NCBI GenBank assembly: GCA_028534125.1
Contig: CM052816.1
Span: 58,840,001 to 58,904,000 of the forward strand
DNA: 64,000 nt
Direction of reading: 5' to 3'
Source of the DNA: Lama glama
Taxonomy: Eukaryota
Made by a program: the position numbers and the translations under genes. Position 1 is the stretch's first letter, and every line of letters begins with the position of its first letter. The notes under the pieces are model-generated. The model was not told the DNA's origin, did no database searches, and worked only from the letters and a program-made list of their open reading frames with translations. Positions 38,896 through 52,550 of the stretch are shown here, piece by piece.

Positions 38896-39180
38896 ATTTT
38901 TTTTTTTTAAATTGGAGTACAGTCAATTACAATCTCTCAATTTCTGGTGTACATCACAGTGTCCCAGTCATGCGTATACATACATATATTTGTTTTCATA
39001 GTTTTTTTCTTTAAAGGTTATTACAAGATATTGAACATTGTTCCATGTGCTATACAGAAGAAACTTTTAAAAAAATCTATTTTTATATATAATGCCTAAC
39101 AATTGTAAATCTCAAACTCCCAAATTTATCCCTTCCCATCCCCTTTCCCCAGTAACCATAGTCTGTTTTTATTTTGTAGA
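38896..39180 (-). mobile_element. Truncated young L1 3'UTR
   Basis: PolyT then CAATTTCTGGTGTACA..TTACAAGATATTGAA..AAACTCCCAAATTTATCCCTTCCCA. Confidence 0.9.
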
Positions 39181-39649
39181 TGGTCTATGTCCACCATTGC
39201 TGCCTTTCATCAGCATGAACCTAATCCCTTAGGCAAACTCATGCTGGCTGCCATGATCCCAAGACTTCTGTGTTTTTAGACATTGCACCTTCCTCTTGCT
39301 CCTGCAGAAGAAAAGCATGTTCTCCCCAACCGCTTTGTGACCTTTCCTTTCTAGGACTTAGTTTCCACATCTGTGAAAGGGGCATAATTGCCAGGAACCA
39401 CTTTGCTCGTTACACTACCTCTTCCCCCACAGTTAGACATGCCTTTTCACCAGGCACTGTGAGCCCAGCCTCCAGGGCACAAAGTATACCGGGAGCCCTG
39501 AGCTCAGGAAGCTTCTGTTCCTTATTCTTCAACTCTTTTCTTGATGCTCTAATGTGCCCTGAGCTTGTCGCTAATCATCCCTGGCCAGAGCCCCCAGCCT
39601 TCTTTTGCTTGATCTGTCTCCTTGTCCCTGAATCTCATCTTCTCCAGGT

Positions 39650-39810
39650 AGCAGGTATGTGACCTTGGGCAAATAACATTACTGTTTTGAGCCTCAGTTT
39701 TCTCATCTGTAAAAAATGGGTAGATGATATCTATCTTGCACAGATTAGTTTTAAAGGTTAAGTCTGTTAATATCTTACAGGAAAACACCTGGCAAATAGG
39801 AGATGCTTGG
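39650..39810 (+). mobile_element. MIR SINE
   Basis: TGTGACCTTGGGCAAAT..GAGCCTCAGTTTTCTCATCTGTAAAA. Confidence 0.85.
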
Positions 39811-39983
39811 TTCATTTTAGTTTCCATCTTTCTTGATTTCGGTTTCAGAAAAAGTAATGTTCTACACAGCAGATATCCTAGTCTATCCAATCAGATGCCG
39901 ATGCCTCTTCACATTTCTGCCTCCATGTGCGATTGTGTGTCCTCGTTCTACATGGCCCCTGGTCCCAGACCCACAGTGCTTTT

Positions 39984-40068
39984 TTTTTTTTAGTGGAGGT
40001 ACAGGGGATTGAACCCAGGACCTCTTGCATGCTAAGCATGTGCTCTACCACTGAACTAGACCCTTCCC
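39984..40068 (-). mobile_element. Camelid tRNA-derived SINE, short form
   Basis: GGGGATTGAACCCAGGACCTCTTGCATGCTAAGCATGTGCTCTACCACTGA; TSD CAGTGCTTTT at 39974 and 40074. Confidence 0.9.
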
Positions 40069-42059
40069 ACCTTCAGTGCTTTTGATGCTACTGGTTTTGG
40101 AGTTTATCCCCTCTTCCTGCTTCACCCTTTCTTTCTTCCCTGTGTCTTCAGGGCTTACCTTCATGCCATTTTTGCCCTTCTTGCTGCCATAGCCAGGTGC
40201 GGACTGTAATAATACCTGCTTTGCACACCTCAGGGATTATTGTGAAGATCAAAGGGGATGATTTATGTGATGAAAGTGCTTTGAAAAAAGATGGACTGTA
40301 TTCACGTGGGTTAGGATGATGATGATGATTATTGCCCCTGGACTATCTTCAGATGACTAAAAATATCCACCCAGCCTGGACCGTCAGCATATTCTTATCT
40401 CTCTTGGACTTCCTCATTCTGGCTGAGAAGTCTGACAGTTTAAGCAGCTGAAGAACTTGCTGGTAGAGAGCAGTGCTGGGGGTGGAGAATGCTGGGTAAT
40501 GAATTGCCTTCTTTAGGGTCCCAATGGGAAGTCTGGTACCCTGGAAAGCGTTAATTCACCTCACTTGAGTGAATGCTTTAGACCCAGCAAGCATTTCATT
40601 TGCCCAGGCAGCCCATTGTGTTGATGACATTAAATAATCATTATCATTACGTGGAAATCCTGTCACCTTGGGGATTTAGAAAGTGTTTCTCAAGTCACAA
40701 ACACATAAGCAACTGAAATGAGCAGGATGTTCATCTAGAAGAAAGTAGTTGTGAAGACAACATTTGTTTGTAATTGTCAGCATTTGGCAAAGGCAGGAAA
40801 TGAAAGAATGAAATGAACCACAGCTTTGGATTCCTTCCAGTGTTTTTTCCCAACCCCAAATCATCAAGGCTAGGGAGGGAAGCCTTCCTGTCGTGGACCA
40901 TGAGTTCTAGGGAGGCGGGTAGGAGCCTTCAACTCCCTCACCCCCTCCATCCAGGAAGTCATTTCAAAGGGAGCTGCCTCCAGGGAAAAGCCAAGAGCCC
41001 ACTGGCCAATATTTATTTATAGTCTTTTACCCTGTAAACTTGTCTTCTTTTTCAAAATTAAGAGCAAAAAAGTATTTGGTTCTTGTTTGTTTGGACTACC
41101 TCCAGGCGCTTATATCTGTTTTCTTTATTTCTGTGCCGGTTGCTCAACATCTTTGGTCTTGATGGAACTGGTTTCATTCCTAGGTCCTCCCTTATTATTA
41201 ATGTTCTTATGATTGGTTTGTTCTTCCATGTTTGCAGTGTCCTTGACAGTCTTCTTTTATTAGCTATTCTTTATAACAACGCAGCGAGGTGGATCAGCCT
41301 TACTGAATATTTATCTAATAAGTTGTCCAACATTTTCTTTTGTTGGCTTTTGTCAGGATTTATTATAACCATTTTTTCTTTCTGATAGTCACGCTTCTGC
41401 AAGAAACTTATTTCCTCTTTCTTGTGAGGCTACATGAGCCAGGGACTTGTGTCATCTGCTTTCAATTCATGTTTGGTTTCTTCCTCCCCTGCCTGGCTTT
41501 TTCATCCTCCTCAAAATGGCTGTTGCCTCTCCTGTTCACGCAGATGGTACTCAAATCATCGAAGGCAGGTTTGAGCAGAAGGTTTCTCTTTTGCTTTCTT
41601 GGCATTTAGGTACCTCTTTAAGGGGTCACTTTCTGTCAGGTCTCCAGCACATGATTTGTTACCACATAGTTAGTCGCTGCTAAAATTTTGTGATGGTTGT
41701 TTGCTGTGGTTGTGTGTGTGCTGGCTCTGTGGTGAACAGACGGACTGTCAGGCTATGAAGGGAGGTGTTTGAGGGGTGGCTGGGAACTGGGACTATACCA
41801 GGAAAGACATCAATTCTGATTAACCAAGAAATGCCCCAGTCTTCCAGAACCTAACATTATCCCTGCTCCTACCACCAACAGCTCTTCTACTGCAGTAGCT
41901 GCCACCCTCACTCTTGCACTCCCATCAAAAACATTTTGTTTCTGTCTGTGCACATATACCTAGATACTCCTGATGTCTAGGAGCTGATAAGAAAACAGAA
42001 CTCCCCCAAACACTAGTTTAAATTTTGAACTCTTACTATGTTTGTTGTCTTTCTTCTAT

Positions 42060-42240
42060 CTGCCCCTACACCTTTATATTTCTCTATTGCACTTATATTG
42101 TAGTTATTGCTAACCTGTCTTTCTCACCCTCTGGACTGTATTTCTTGAGGGCAGAGACCACATCTTGCTTCATCCACTAAGTACTGAGAGAGGAACCAGG
42201 GAGACCTAGGAGGTCGAGTGTTTGTTGACTGAATATTAAA
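42060..42240 (+). mobile_element. L2 3' end
   Basis: CTGGACTGTA..CTTGAGGGCAGAGACCAC..TGTTTGTTGACTGAAT. Confidence 0.65.
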
Positions 42241-44964
42241 ATTATTTGATTAAATGAGAAAATGCTTTTGTAAACCATAAAATGTTTTATAAACTAGTAA
42301 GGACTTTTCAAATATGACTTATTTGTATTATCATTGCATTAGTTTGTATATACTGCAATGGAGGATAGATTTGAATCCTGTGAAGCCGGGTATAAGAAAT
42401 ACTTATCTATTTTATAGAACAAGAACAATGGTCGTTTGACTGAATTTGCAAAAGATGAAAAGACTAGCTGTATTATTTTGACTGGATCTGATGTTGGGCC
42501 TGCTTGGTCACCTGTGGCGATTGAGATAGACCAGCCATGGGAGGAAGGATAACCTATAAGTGCCTTCAAAATTCATTAAAAAAAATTCTCTGTTGTGTAG
42601 GTAGGTATTTTAGAAAATGTCCTATGCAATTAAGATGGATTCTGGATATAGACGGTTCTGGAAACCTATGTGTTATTCCTGTGTCATACTAGGTTTAAGA
42701 CAATGGAATAGGAGTTGCCAAAGTAATTGAGTGTAGTTTGTGGTCTGAAGTTGGCTCAGTGCTTCAGAACTCTCCCTCCATGGAACTTATCTGAGAGGCT
42801 GTAAAGAAGGGGAAAAGTAATTGCCTTCATTTTCTCTCCACATCCACTGTCTCGTGGTGCATTGCTTCCAAACAATGGACCAGTTATTTCTACAGGTCAA
42901 ACATTACAATTAGTGTTAAAAAATAAGTTGCACTTATGAGTCTGGTGCATTTCAGGTACTTAATAGTGACTGAGTGAATAAGTGGATGAATGTAGTTCCC
43001 TTATCCCAGCTGCCCAGAGAGTTTAACATTTGCATGGAAAAAAGGCCCAGGAATGACTTTACTGGCTTTTACCCACAGATACCCCAGGATCAGTCAGGAA
43101 CAGAGGAAGAACTTTGAATCTGGGCCAAGCTCACTTACAAGAAGCCGCTTTTGAGAAAAGCTTAGTTCACTTATCAATATTCCTTCAACTCTTTCTGCAG
43201 CCCTGGCAAACTTTATTGAAAAGCAAATGCACTGTAGGCAGAAGCTGAATCAAAAAACCAGAATGCAAGTCTCAGCCCCACTTGGGCAGCAAGACATCCC
43301 AAATCAACCCTTCGGTACATTTGGTGGGGGATGGATTTACAAAAGGCTGACAGCACTTTTGAGTCTGTACATTAGATTAGTTACCAGAGGTTAAAAAAAA
43401 AAATCAGCCTATTAGAATTTCCTTGTGATAAATGAAGTTGCCAAGAGGCTGCAGTATAGGATTCTGGCTTTTCATGAGTTCTCCTCATTACTGGCCAGTG
43501 TTAGAAACAGAGCTTGTTGACTTTAGGATCTGATAATTGTCTTAAAATTAATGCCTTAAAGACCACAGAGCTACTCTCCTTCTCTACTGCCTGCTTTTCT
43601 GTTCCTCGTTTTTACTATTGATTCTAGTTTCTTCGTATGTGAATCTCTGTCTGGCAGGAACCAGCCATCAGAAGAATTTTTTTGTCTGCTTAATTCTTTG
43701 GGTGCTGAAGATTTAGCTAACTGGGAATCGAATGGAGGAAAGAGTCAAGCAGGGAAATTTGTACATGAAATGGATTTTTTGTTCCTCTGAGGGTTTGTCG
43801 TAAGCAGCTATAAAGTGTCTTTCTCACTCAGAGTACCTCCAAGCGCTTTCACAAATCAATTAGTCACTGGTGGGGCCGGGAGAGTAGAGGCAGAATAAGC
43901 CATGTGGTGACAGCCAGGGACCCCGTCTGCCTCTCTCTCTCAGGTTTGCTGTCCTTAATCATTAGATAACCACAGTGGCACTTCACCCCATGACGACTGT
44001 TTCCATTACAATCAGAACTTCAGGGCGAGGGGAATGCTTTCAGGGTCTCTCTCTGCTCCGCTAATAAACAAACACCCACAAGGAGAGATTGGGGAAAGGG
44101 GAGGGTGGCCATCCCTTCGAGACACAGAGCCAAGACAACGAAGCCAGAAGAAATCAATCTTCTATTTGCTTACTTGGACTGCACAACTCTTAGGTATTCG
44201 CTGGAATGTTCGGTCTTTAACTCAGAACCTGAGAGTTTCCCCCAGTTCATTAGACAAGACCAACTAAGCATTACAGGAGTCTTAATTCTAAGAAGATGAG
44301 ACTCAACACAGCCCTTCTAAGCTTACAAAACAGATGCGACACGTCTCCTGCCAGTTATTCAGCAGGCAGAGCCCACAACACCTGCCTCAGGGACCTGCGA
44401 GTTATGGAGAGGGAACACCTGAAAATGCTTCCAACCGAGCTGTCAGAAAAATTCTCCATCAGTTGCTCTGCAGGAGCAAATGGAGTTTCTGAAAGGCACA
44501 CTTCATTTTGGCAACACGCTTTGAACTTGGAGTTCCCAGCTGGCCGATCTGAGGGCCAGAGGGGAGGTCAGTGTCAGGGGATGGGAGAACAGGGTGACCA
44601 CTGCAATAGGTTCAAGAGAGTAAAGGTGCATCCCATCATTTATAAGGTTTGGAGCCTTTCAGACTACTCAGCAAGCAGAGGGATTGGAAAGAAAAATGCT
44701 TCTTATGTAAGAGCTGAGAGCTCTTATCTCATTCTTGGGAACAAGCTGCAGGGTGGGTGGCAACTATTTCAGTCTTTGGTTTCACAGTTGGCAGAGCTGA
44801 GGTACAGAGAATGGGCTTGGTCTGTCAGCCCACTTCGCCAGATGTGCATGCGAAGCGTCCCTTGAATGTCCCTCTGCAGTTCCTGCAGGGCTTCCCCATC
44901 CTCCATCAGTGCCATTTACAACCTCTGCCCAGAGTCCTTTGGCAGCCTTCTAGAGGCTGGAAAT

Positions 44965-45200
44965 TACAGCATCGTTGAGGTCACTTGACAGACTTGGAGT
45001 CTGAAGACCTGAGCTTGAATTCTGGCTCTTCTCACTTGCTCTGTGGTCTTGAGCAAGTTTCTTAATCTCTCTGTAGCACATCTCTCAATTTGCTTCTCTT
45101 TAAATTGAGGGTGACAATAGCTCTCACATAGGCTGTTGGGAGAATTAAAAGTGTTGGAAAGCATTTAACCCAGTGCCTCGCATAACTCAGTAAATGTTAA
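44965..45200 (+). mobile_element. MIR SINE
   Basis: TTGGAGTCTGAAGACCTGAGCTTGAATTCTGGCTCT..CTTGAGCAAGTTTCTTAATCTCTCTG. Confidence 0.8.
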
Positions 45201-45317
45201 TTGCATCTGAATGTTAGGAAGAAATAAAATGAGCCCAGGTTTCCTTTTCTGACTTCTTTTGATCTTAGGGATGAGCAGGCTCTAGCTTAACCAGATACTC
45301 ACAGGTTTCTGCAGGCC

Positions 45318-45508
45318 TGATTCTCAAAGTGTGGTTTCTGGACCACTAGCATGAGACACCCAGGGACCTGTGAGAAATGCACACTTTCAGGCCCCATCCT
45401 AGACTGACTGAATCAGAAACTCTTGGTGGGTGGGTGGAGGGCAGCAGCCTATGTTTTAAGAAGTCTTCCAGGTGATTGTGATGTACACTCAAGTTTGAGA
45501 ACCACTGC
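45318..45508. mobile_element. MER5A fossil
   Basis: TTCTCAAAGTGTGG..AGAAATGCA..CTGAATCAGAAACTCT..AAGTTTGAGAACCACTG. Confidence 0.9.
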
Positions 45509-47229
45509 CCTATATTTACTTCACACTGGCAGCAGCAAAACACCTGTGGGACAGCTGGCATAATCAGTGCTGCAGTGTGGCTGACAGCTTGAGCTCAGAT
45601 GTGTATCGGTGGTTCCTCTATATCTGCTCTGTCTTTGGCCATTTGTTGAGAGAAAAGGGAATTTGCTAAAGGTGACCATCCTGATCTTTTAAAACATTCT
45701 GCTTTTTTGGGTGCAGGGGATGAAATCGACAATTTGGTGATGGGTCTGTGTGAACATGGAGCTGGTAGAAGAAATTGTCAAATACAATCCACCCTGCCTC
45801 CCCCAGTCCTTGTAATGTTAGACTGTGCAGAGACAGAACACTCCTTGAAATAAAACACTAAGGGAGGTATTGTGCTCTGACATAAAAACTCTGGGGGAAG
45901 ATGCTAAAATTTATTAGATATTCAGAAGGATGCTTAGAGAGAGTGTTGACAAGTATTGAAATGACTTTGAAAATACTTTGAAACTTGAATATGTGATGTA
46001 AAGCTTGGATGTTTTAGAGTGGTGCAGAAGATCAACCTTTCTCTTCATTTCTCCAACAGAGGGGAGGAGGTCGTGTCACCCAAGTGATGCCTCATTTATT
46101 CTGTGTAACTTCTTCCTAGTGGTTTCTGGAAGGTCTCTTAGCAAGAGTGGCTGCTGTGCTCTCCTCCACGCCCTGACCCTACTCTCTCTCCCTTACTTTC
46201 ATTCCTTTCTGTAAAAGTTTAGGAGCACCCCCCTCCACCTTTTTAGGGAGGAAACATTGGTTGAGTTGCATTAGTAGCATCTGACAGCATCGAATATGTA
46301 AATCCAAAGCCTTCTTATTACTCTGTAATTTAACATTTTCATTTTACAGATGACAAAATTGAGGTCCAGAGATGGAATCCTCTGGCTCCAAGTTTAATGT
46401 GCTATAAACTACTCCCTGATGGAAGTGTCTCCATACAGTCTTTGAGCTTAATAATCATGGGGTATGGCAGGGAAAAGGGGAGTGGTCGAGTAAGAAGCTC
46501 TTTCCCCAACCCTAGCTTTTCAAATATCACACCTGTTAAAAAGGCAAACCTATATGTGGGGTGGTATGGTAATTTAAATTTTCCGTTTTTGTTTATATAA
46601 ATGAAGAAAGTGATGTTAGGCCCATTTTAAATTGTGGGCACTGGGGAATGGGTGGAAGTCAAAACCAAACAAATCCCAAATAGTCTCTAATTTATCTTTT
46701 TGATGGAAAAACTCATTGTTGGCAAGCCATTAGCTTTTAATTGCTGTCATAGTCCTGCTGTTCACTTACATGGGGAAGCGCGAGTGGGACCTGATTGTTC
46801 ATATCATAGTCATAGTTTTTGCTCATAACACTTGCATTTCCAGGCCCGATCACTACTCTCTCCCTCTGAAATAGCTTTAAAATAGGAACAAAATGCTCCT
46901 CTTTTCCTTCAGCTCTAGGAGTATCAGGTGTTTGATCAGTATTCCTTAAATTTCGCTTGGCATTCTTCATGCTGCCATTCTGAAGTGCCCAGGCAATAAG
47001 TCAAATGATTTCTTAGATGTTCAGGGAACAGTGCACACAGCCAATGTGTAATTTTTCAGGATATTGGGTGAAAATCTTGACTGGATTCCTCCAAACTAGA
47101 CAGATCATCAGAATAAACAAAGGGGTGTGTGTGTGTGTGTGTGTGCGCGTGTGTGTTTCATCTTTTTTTTTGTGACCCCATAAGGGGACACTGTGGTAAG
47201 GACACACTTGAATATTCATTACATGTTAA

Positions 47230-47440
47230 TAATGATAGTGATGGGCACTTATTTATTGATCACTTATGATGTACCAGGTACTTATGTCTGTAATAGCTCA
47301 CGTATTTCTCACCACTCTCTGTGGAAGAATTTTAATCCCCTTTTTACGGCCTCAGTGAAGTTAAGTAACTTGTCACAGGTCATATGGGAAGTAAGTGGGA
47401 GCCAGGCTTCAAACCCAGACTGTCTGGCTTAATACTGCTT
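47230..47440 (-). mobile_element. MIR SINE
   Basis: TTTATTGATCACTTA..GTTAAGTAACTTGTCACAGGTCA..TTCAAACCCAGAC. Confidence 0.75.
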
Positions 47441-47964
47441 CATATGCTTTTTAAAAATCTAACCTTTTCCGCATATCCTCATTTGCTGGTGGATGTAGAA
47501 TGTTGCCACGAGGCAAGGTAGGACCTAATTCTTGTGTGAATGACACCTTATGGGTCAATTATGTGAGGAAACAGCTTGGGCCAAGTGTCTTTCTGGAAGA
47601 GCCTACATCTGAATGGTCAGAGGTGAGGGGAAAGAAAAGGGAAGGGAGATTTTAGGAAAGGATGGCTGGAAGGGTGGACAAAGACAGGGGATGCTTGGGG
47701 TCAGCCTCTATGAGAAAGTCTGGGAGAACAATTTAACCTTGAACTACACTGGGTTTTAGAAGGAACGACACCCCTATGCTGTGCTGCGCCCCCCCCCCCC
47801 CCAGTAATCCGCACAGCAGCAAGGACAACCGTCTTCAACTGTACACTGGGAAATAGTGATGCCCAGCTTTCACCCCCTTCAGTGGTATCCTATTACACCT
47901 GGAATAAAACCCTAAGTTCTCACCTTTGTCTACAAAGCTGTAGCAGGTGCTATGGGTGCCCTGA

Positions 47965-48378
47965 GCGTACCTCCTGGGGACTCTTTGTACCTGTGTACTT
48001 GGGCAATTTTCTACTGCAATCACTGGTAACTCTTTGCTAGGTTTTTTGACTGCCACTCACCTAGGTAGAAAGCCCAGGGGAGTTAATGTGCTAGGAGCAG
48101 GTCCCAACCAGTGACGGACGAGTGTTGGTGGATAAATACCCCGACTCTCTAGGTCCCCAGGTGGCAGAACTCTGAGGTGTGCCCTGCAGTCTTCCAGAGG
48201 ATCCCTCTGGGATTGAGCCTGGTTTCCCACAGAGGTAAACTGCTCACTCACACACCCTCTACTGCCTCTCTTCCTCTCCTGTCTCACTGTCCTGCTCCCT
48301 GAATATGCTCCCTCCAATAAACTACTTACATTCAAATCCTTGCTCATGGCCTAATTCAGGGGAACCGAACAGAAGCCA
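47965..48378 (+). mobile_element. LTR16-like (ERVL) solo LTR nested in an L2 fragment
   Basis: GGTGGATAAATACCCC, CTGGGATTGAGCC and AATAAACTACTTACATTCAAATCCTTG; L2-like sequence at ~47860-47940 and ~48380-48590. Confidence 0.7.
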
Positions 48379-50564
48379 AAGGTCTTGTTTGATCTGGCCC
48401 CTGCCCACCTCTCCAACTTTACCTAGAGCCACTGGACCCCATGAACTGTTTTCCAGCCATGTGGCTCTTCTTTATGTTTCTAAACATTCTGGGCTTCGTG
48501 ACATGTGCTGCCCTACACTTCCCAGACCTGATTCCTCATTTCTTAGACTTTAGCTCCATGGTCACCTCCTCAAGAGGCCTTCTCTGATATCCCAGGAAAG
48601 AGCTGGAGGTCCAAAAACAGGGTTCTGGGCTCTCCTGGATGTGGCCCCAACAGTGAGAGATGCACAAACAGTGTGAGTGGTGGGTGTGAGGGCCACATTC
48701 TGACCCCACTCATCGTCCCTCTTTGGTCACCTGGCTTCTCCAAACCCTCAGTCTAGGCTCACTTGCTGTGCGGTCTGGACTTCTCCTGAGCATTCTCAGG
48801 TTTATCTGAGGCATCAAGGTTAAGAAAGAGGCTTAAAACAGGAGGAAAGTGTGACAGCCCAGCAGGTGGGAGAGACTGGAGGCTGGGTATTCCGGAAGCC
48901 TGACAAACATCAGAAAACCTTCGAAATTATGGATGTATTGCCTGAATCCACTTCTCAGTATCATCTGAGTCCTGCTCACCAATATATATTCTTAATATCC
49001 TACCTTGATTTTTTTTTCTTACAAAATCTTTCTAAGGGGGAAGTTCATTCATTTTTGTTTGAAGCTTTGCTGTAATTGTTCAAGTGAGAGATGAATAAGA
49101 AACTATAGACCCTCTTGTACCTGGGCTTTCCATTCTCTTAGCAGATAGCCTGGTCCCCAAAGGTACATCTTTATTAAACTGTTGCTTTTCCTTTCAAAGG
49201 AGCCCAGAAAATTCCTTCGAGTGAATTAAGGGGGAGGCAGTGCTGCCTGTGCACAGACAAGGACTGGACGGCAGCCTGTGTTCTTCCTGTTTGGGACCCA
49301 CCCTGTGGAGCATAGGAGGAAACCCGAGTCTGGAGATGGAGGTCTGGTGACCCCACCACCCGTAGTTCTAGATTCCAGAAATGGCCTTTACACCGAACAC
49401 CAGTCCTTCTCTTTGAGCTTGATTGGATCATGAAATACCAGGGCTAGGAGCTCTACAGACCACAAGTGCCAGCCTCTCACTTTACCCAGGAGGAGGCTGA
49501 GGCTTATGCCATTTAACAACTTATTCAAAGCCACACTCCTGATTTGTGGCACATTTGGGGTGAAAACAGACTGAATGTCATGGGAAAATTCTTGAAAACC
49601 AGTAAGTGTCTTAAAGGTTCTTAGAATTCTCAGGAAATTCACCAAAGAGTCTGATGGGCTGTGAGGACATTTTAGGGAGCAGTGTCCTTACGGGGAGGTC
49701 CCTTTGCAAATTTCCACTCTGGAGTCACAAAGTTAAAAATTTTGCCATTGAATGTTTCTGTCTTTGTAAGTGTTTCCAGAATTGTGATGTTTGCTTTGAA
49801 ACACAATACAGATGTGAAGTTAGGAACTGATGTCGACCCTCAGATCTTATTTTGGGTTAATAGTATTTATGCCTCCAGCTCACTGTCATTTGAACAGTCC
49901 TTGTTTTTTTGTTAGGGCCTGAAATAACTCAATGACTAAGAATTTTCATTGAAAAAAAAAGGAAAGAAAGAAATGTTTTTTTCCATTGGAATAAATTACT
50001 CCTTGTGGAGGTATGGTAAGATGAGAGTGAGTTTGGATCTGTAGGACGATTATTAAGTAATGAGGAATGAATTCACTTTCTTTGGGCTCAAAGGAGATTG
50101 GGATTAAAATCCCATCCACAACAGCCCCTCCATCTGCCCAGCACCTGCTGCACACCCCTGAAGCATTGTCTTTGATTTAGTTCATCATCAAATACTCACT
50201 GAGCACATATTTCATTATGCACTGAGTTATTACATTCTGTAATCCCGAGTAGAAGAGACTTTAAGAGGATGTATGCACCAGCAACTTGACTGAAGAAATA
50301 GAATTAAAAGAATATGGCATCTCAAATGAATAAAAAACCACTCTTCATAGAATATGGTGGAGTATGTTCACTGCATTGATTCTGTAATGGGACAGATAGT
50401 TTGTGCTGAATAATTCATGGTGTTTCACCCAGTGCCCTTGAAAGCACTGGCATATCTCTGAGGAACAGCTGGCTAAAGTCAAGGTATAGACTGTTGCCAC
50501 AGACTTGAATGTTGCCCAGTGGCCTCCTGGGATGTTTTTGGTAGTGCAGCACTGGAGAGGCCTG

Positions 50565-50690
50565 GCGGTGTAATTAAGCAGACCTGGTTCAAATCCTAGC
50601 TTTACCCTTTGACTTGGGCGAGGGATCTAGCCTCTTTCAGTCTCAATTTCCTCATAGGTAAAATGAAGCTAAAAATTCCTCCTGATTGAG
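50565..50690 (+). mobile_element. MIR fragment
   Basis: AGACCTGGTTCAAATCCTAGCT..TCTCAATTTCCTCATAGGTAAAATG. Confidence 0.65.
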
Positions 50691-51374
50691 ATTTATGCAC
50701 ATAGTGTTATGGGAACCAAAATTTCATTTTTCAAATGAGAGTTCCTTTTCAAGGAGGTCGCATCTGGTTAAAGGGAAGGCCCCTGTCCTGTTTAGTCCTT
50801 GGGTTTTGTTGTCAAAGTCTGAGAACGGGAGCTGAAGGGGAGTAGGTGGGTCCTGGGAAAAGGGCATTGTTTTCAGAAGAGGGAAAAGAATGGGGCAAGG
50901 AGAGAAGGGAGGAGAGAGCTGAGAGGAGCCAGTAAGGAGGGAGGCAGGAAGGCAGTGAGGCCAGTGAAATAGTAAGGCGGTGCTGGTGCTGGTGCTAGAG
51001 GGTCAGAGGATGTGTAAAGAACCATGATGCTCCCTGATTTATTAAAGTGGTATGTGTGTGGCTGTGATGGTTTCTATTTCCCATGTCCTCAGCTGATCTA
51101 CTTGCCTTCCCCTGTTCTGGGCTCAATTTTTGATAAACTTTGCTCAGCTCACTAATGTTTCATGGAAGCTAGGTGGTATGTATATTATCCAAGTGGAGGG
51201 GGGTCTAGATCAGTGAGATGACACAGATGCCCAAAGGACAGATATGAATGGAAGCCCTTGGGAATTTGCAGAAAGCTGGTGAGAACTTTGGATTTCCATA
51301 GGTCTTGGTGGTTCTAGCCAAGCTGACCTGGGCTTCAAGGGGACAGACTTTAACTGACATCTGAGTATTGGTAG

Positions 51375-51600
51375 ACAATATTTATTGAGCTTTTACTCTG
51401 TACCAGATGCTGATATATGAACATTGTGTTGTGTTACCTCCTTCTATACAGTCAATAAATACTTCTCAAGAGGCCAGTTTAGTCCTCCCAACAAGTCAGT
51501 TAAGTATTACAGGACCATAATTAGCCCCATTTTATAGATGAAGAAACTGAGCTTGAGGGAGGTTATGTAACTAGCCTAAGGTTATCCTGCTTTTATATAT
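51375..51600 (-). mobile_element. MIR SINE
   Basis: TTTATTGAGC..CCCCATTTTATAGATGAAGAAACTGAG. Confidence 0.75.
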
Positions 51601-51739
51601 TTTAAACCCACACCTTAAGATATGGTATATCACTTCAAAGTCCATACTGTTAATTGTTACCATAGCTAGCCTCCAGCCTTACTACCTTATGCCATGAGGA
51701 TTGAATAATGAAGATTGGTGCTTAAAGTTCTTGGCCCAT

Positions 51740-52550
51740 AGTAGGTGATTTAAGTCACATTCCCTAGAAGTAGAACCTGAGGATGGGGATTCTTGTTTAA
51801 GGGATTTATTGGAGGAGTGTCCTCAGGAGAAGGCATGTGAGAGAAGAAAGTACAGGGCAGGTGTAATAGTGAATTTTATGTGTCAACTTGAGTAGGCCAT
51901 GGGACAACCAGATATTTGGTTAAACATTATTCTGGTGTGTCCATGAGGGTGTTTCTGGATGAGATTGACATTTGAATGGGTAACTGAGTAAAAGCAGACT
52001 GCCCTCCCCAGTGGAGGTGGGCCTCATCCAGTCTGTTGAAGGTCTACATAGAACAAAAAGGCTGAGTAAGGGAGAATTTGCTTTCTCTGCCTTACTGTCT
52101 TTGAGTTGGGACATCAGCCTTCTGCCTTCGGACTTGGAATGGACCTATACCATTGGATCTCCTGGGTTTCCAGATTGGCGACTACAGATCTTGGGACTTC
52201 TCAGCCTCCATAATTGTGTAAGCCAAGTCCTTATAATAAAAAGTATCTCCCCCTCTTTCTTCTCTTTTCCTGCAGAATTCTGACTAATACAGCATGGGCG
52301 AGAAGCTAAGCAAGGATGTGGTCTCCATGGACATTGGGTTCAACCTGATCCCATAGGGAGTTTTGGAGCATAATTATACTGCAGAGTTGGTCCCAACTGA
52401 CCTTTATATTCCTGAGTTAGTCATTTCATGAAGTCTGCTCCTAGGGTGGTGTGGGGTAGCTCCTTGGAGAAGGGGGCAGCTGTGAGCTATCTGTGGACAC
52501 ACAGCAACCAGGGGATGGGAGCACTGGTGGGTGAAGAGCATTCACTGCAG
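51740..52550 (-). mobile_element. LTR16/33-like ERVL LTR split by MLT2
   Basis: TTCCCTAGAAG..CTGAGGATGG..GATTTATTGG at left; resumes after 52291 (AGAAGCTAAGCAAGGATGTGGTCTC). Confidence 0.6.
51862..52291 (+). mobile_element. MLT2B-like solo LTR
   Basis: TGTAATAGTGAATTTTATGTGTCAACTTGA ... TGACTAATACA; 5-bp TSD GCAGG/GCATG. Confidence 0.9.

Noticed and set aside
44296..44865. 189-aa ORF
   Set aside because: No recognisable domain, no promoter or splice context; ORFs of this length occur by chance in 64 kb
47789..47802. C14 homopolymer
   Set aside because: Isolated run with no supporting context; length may be unreliable
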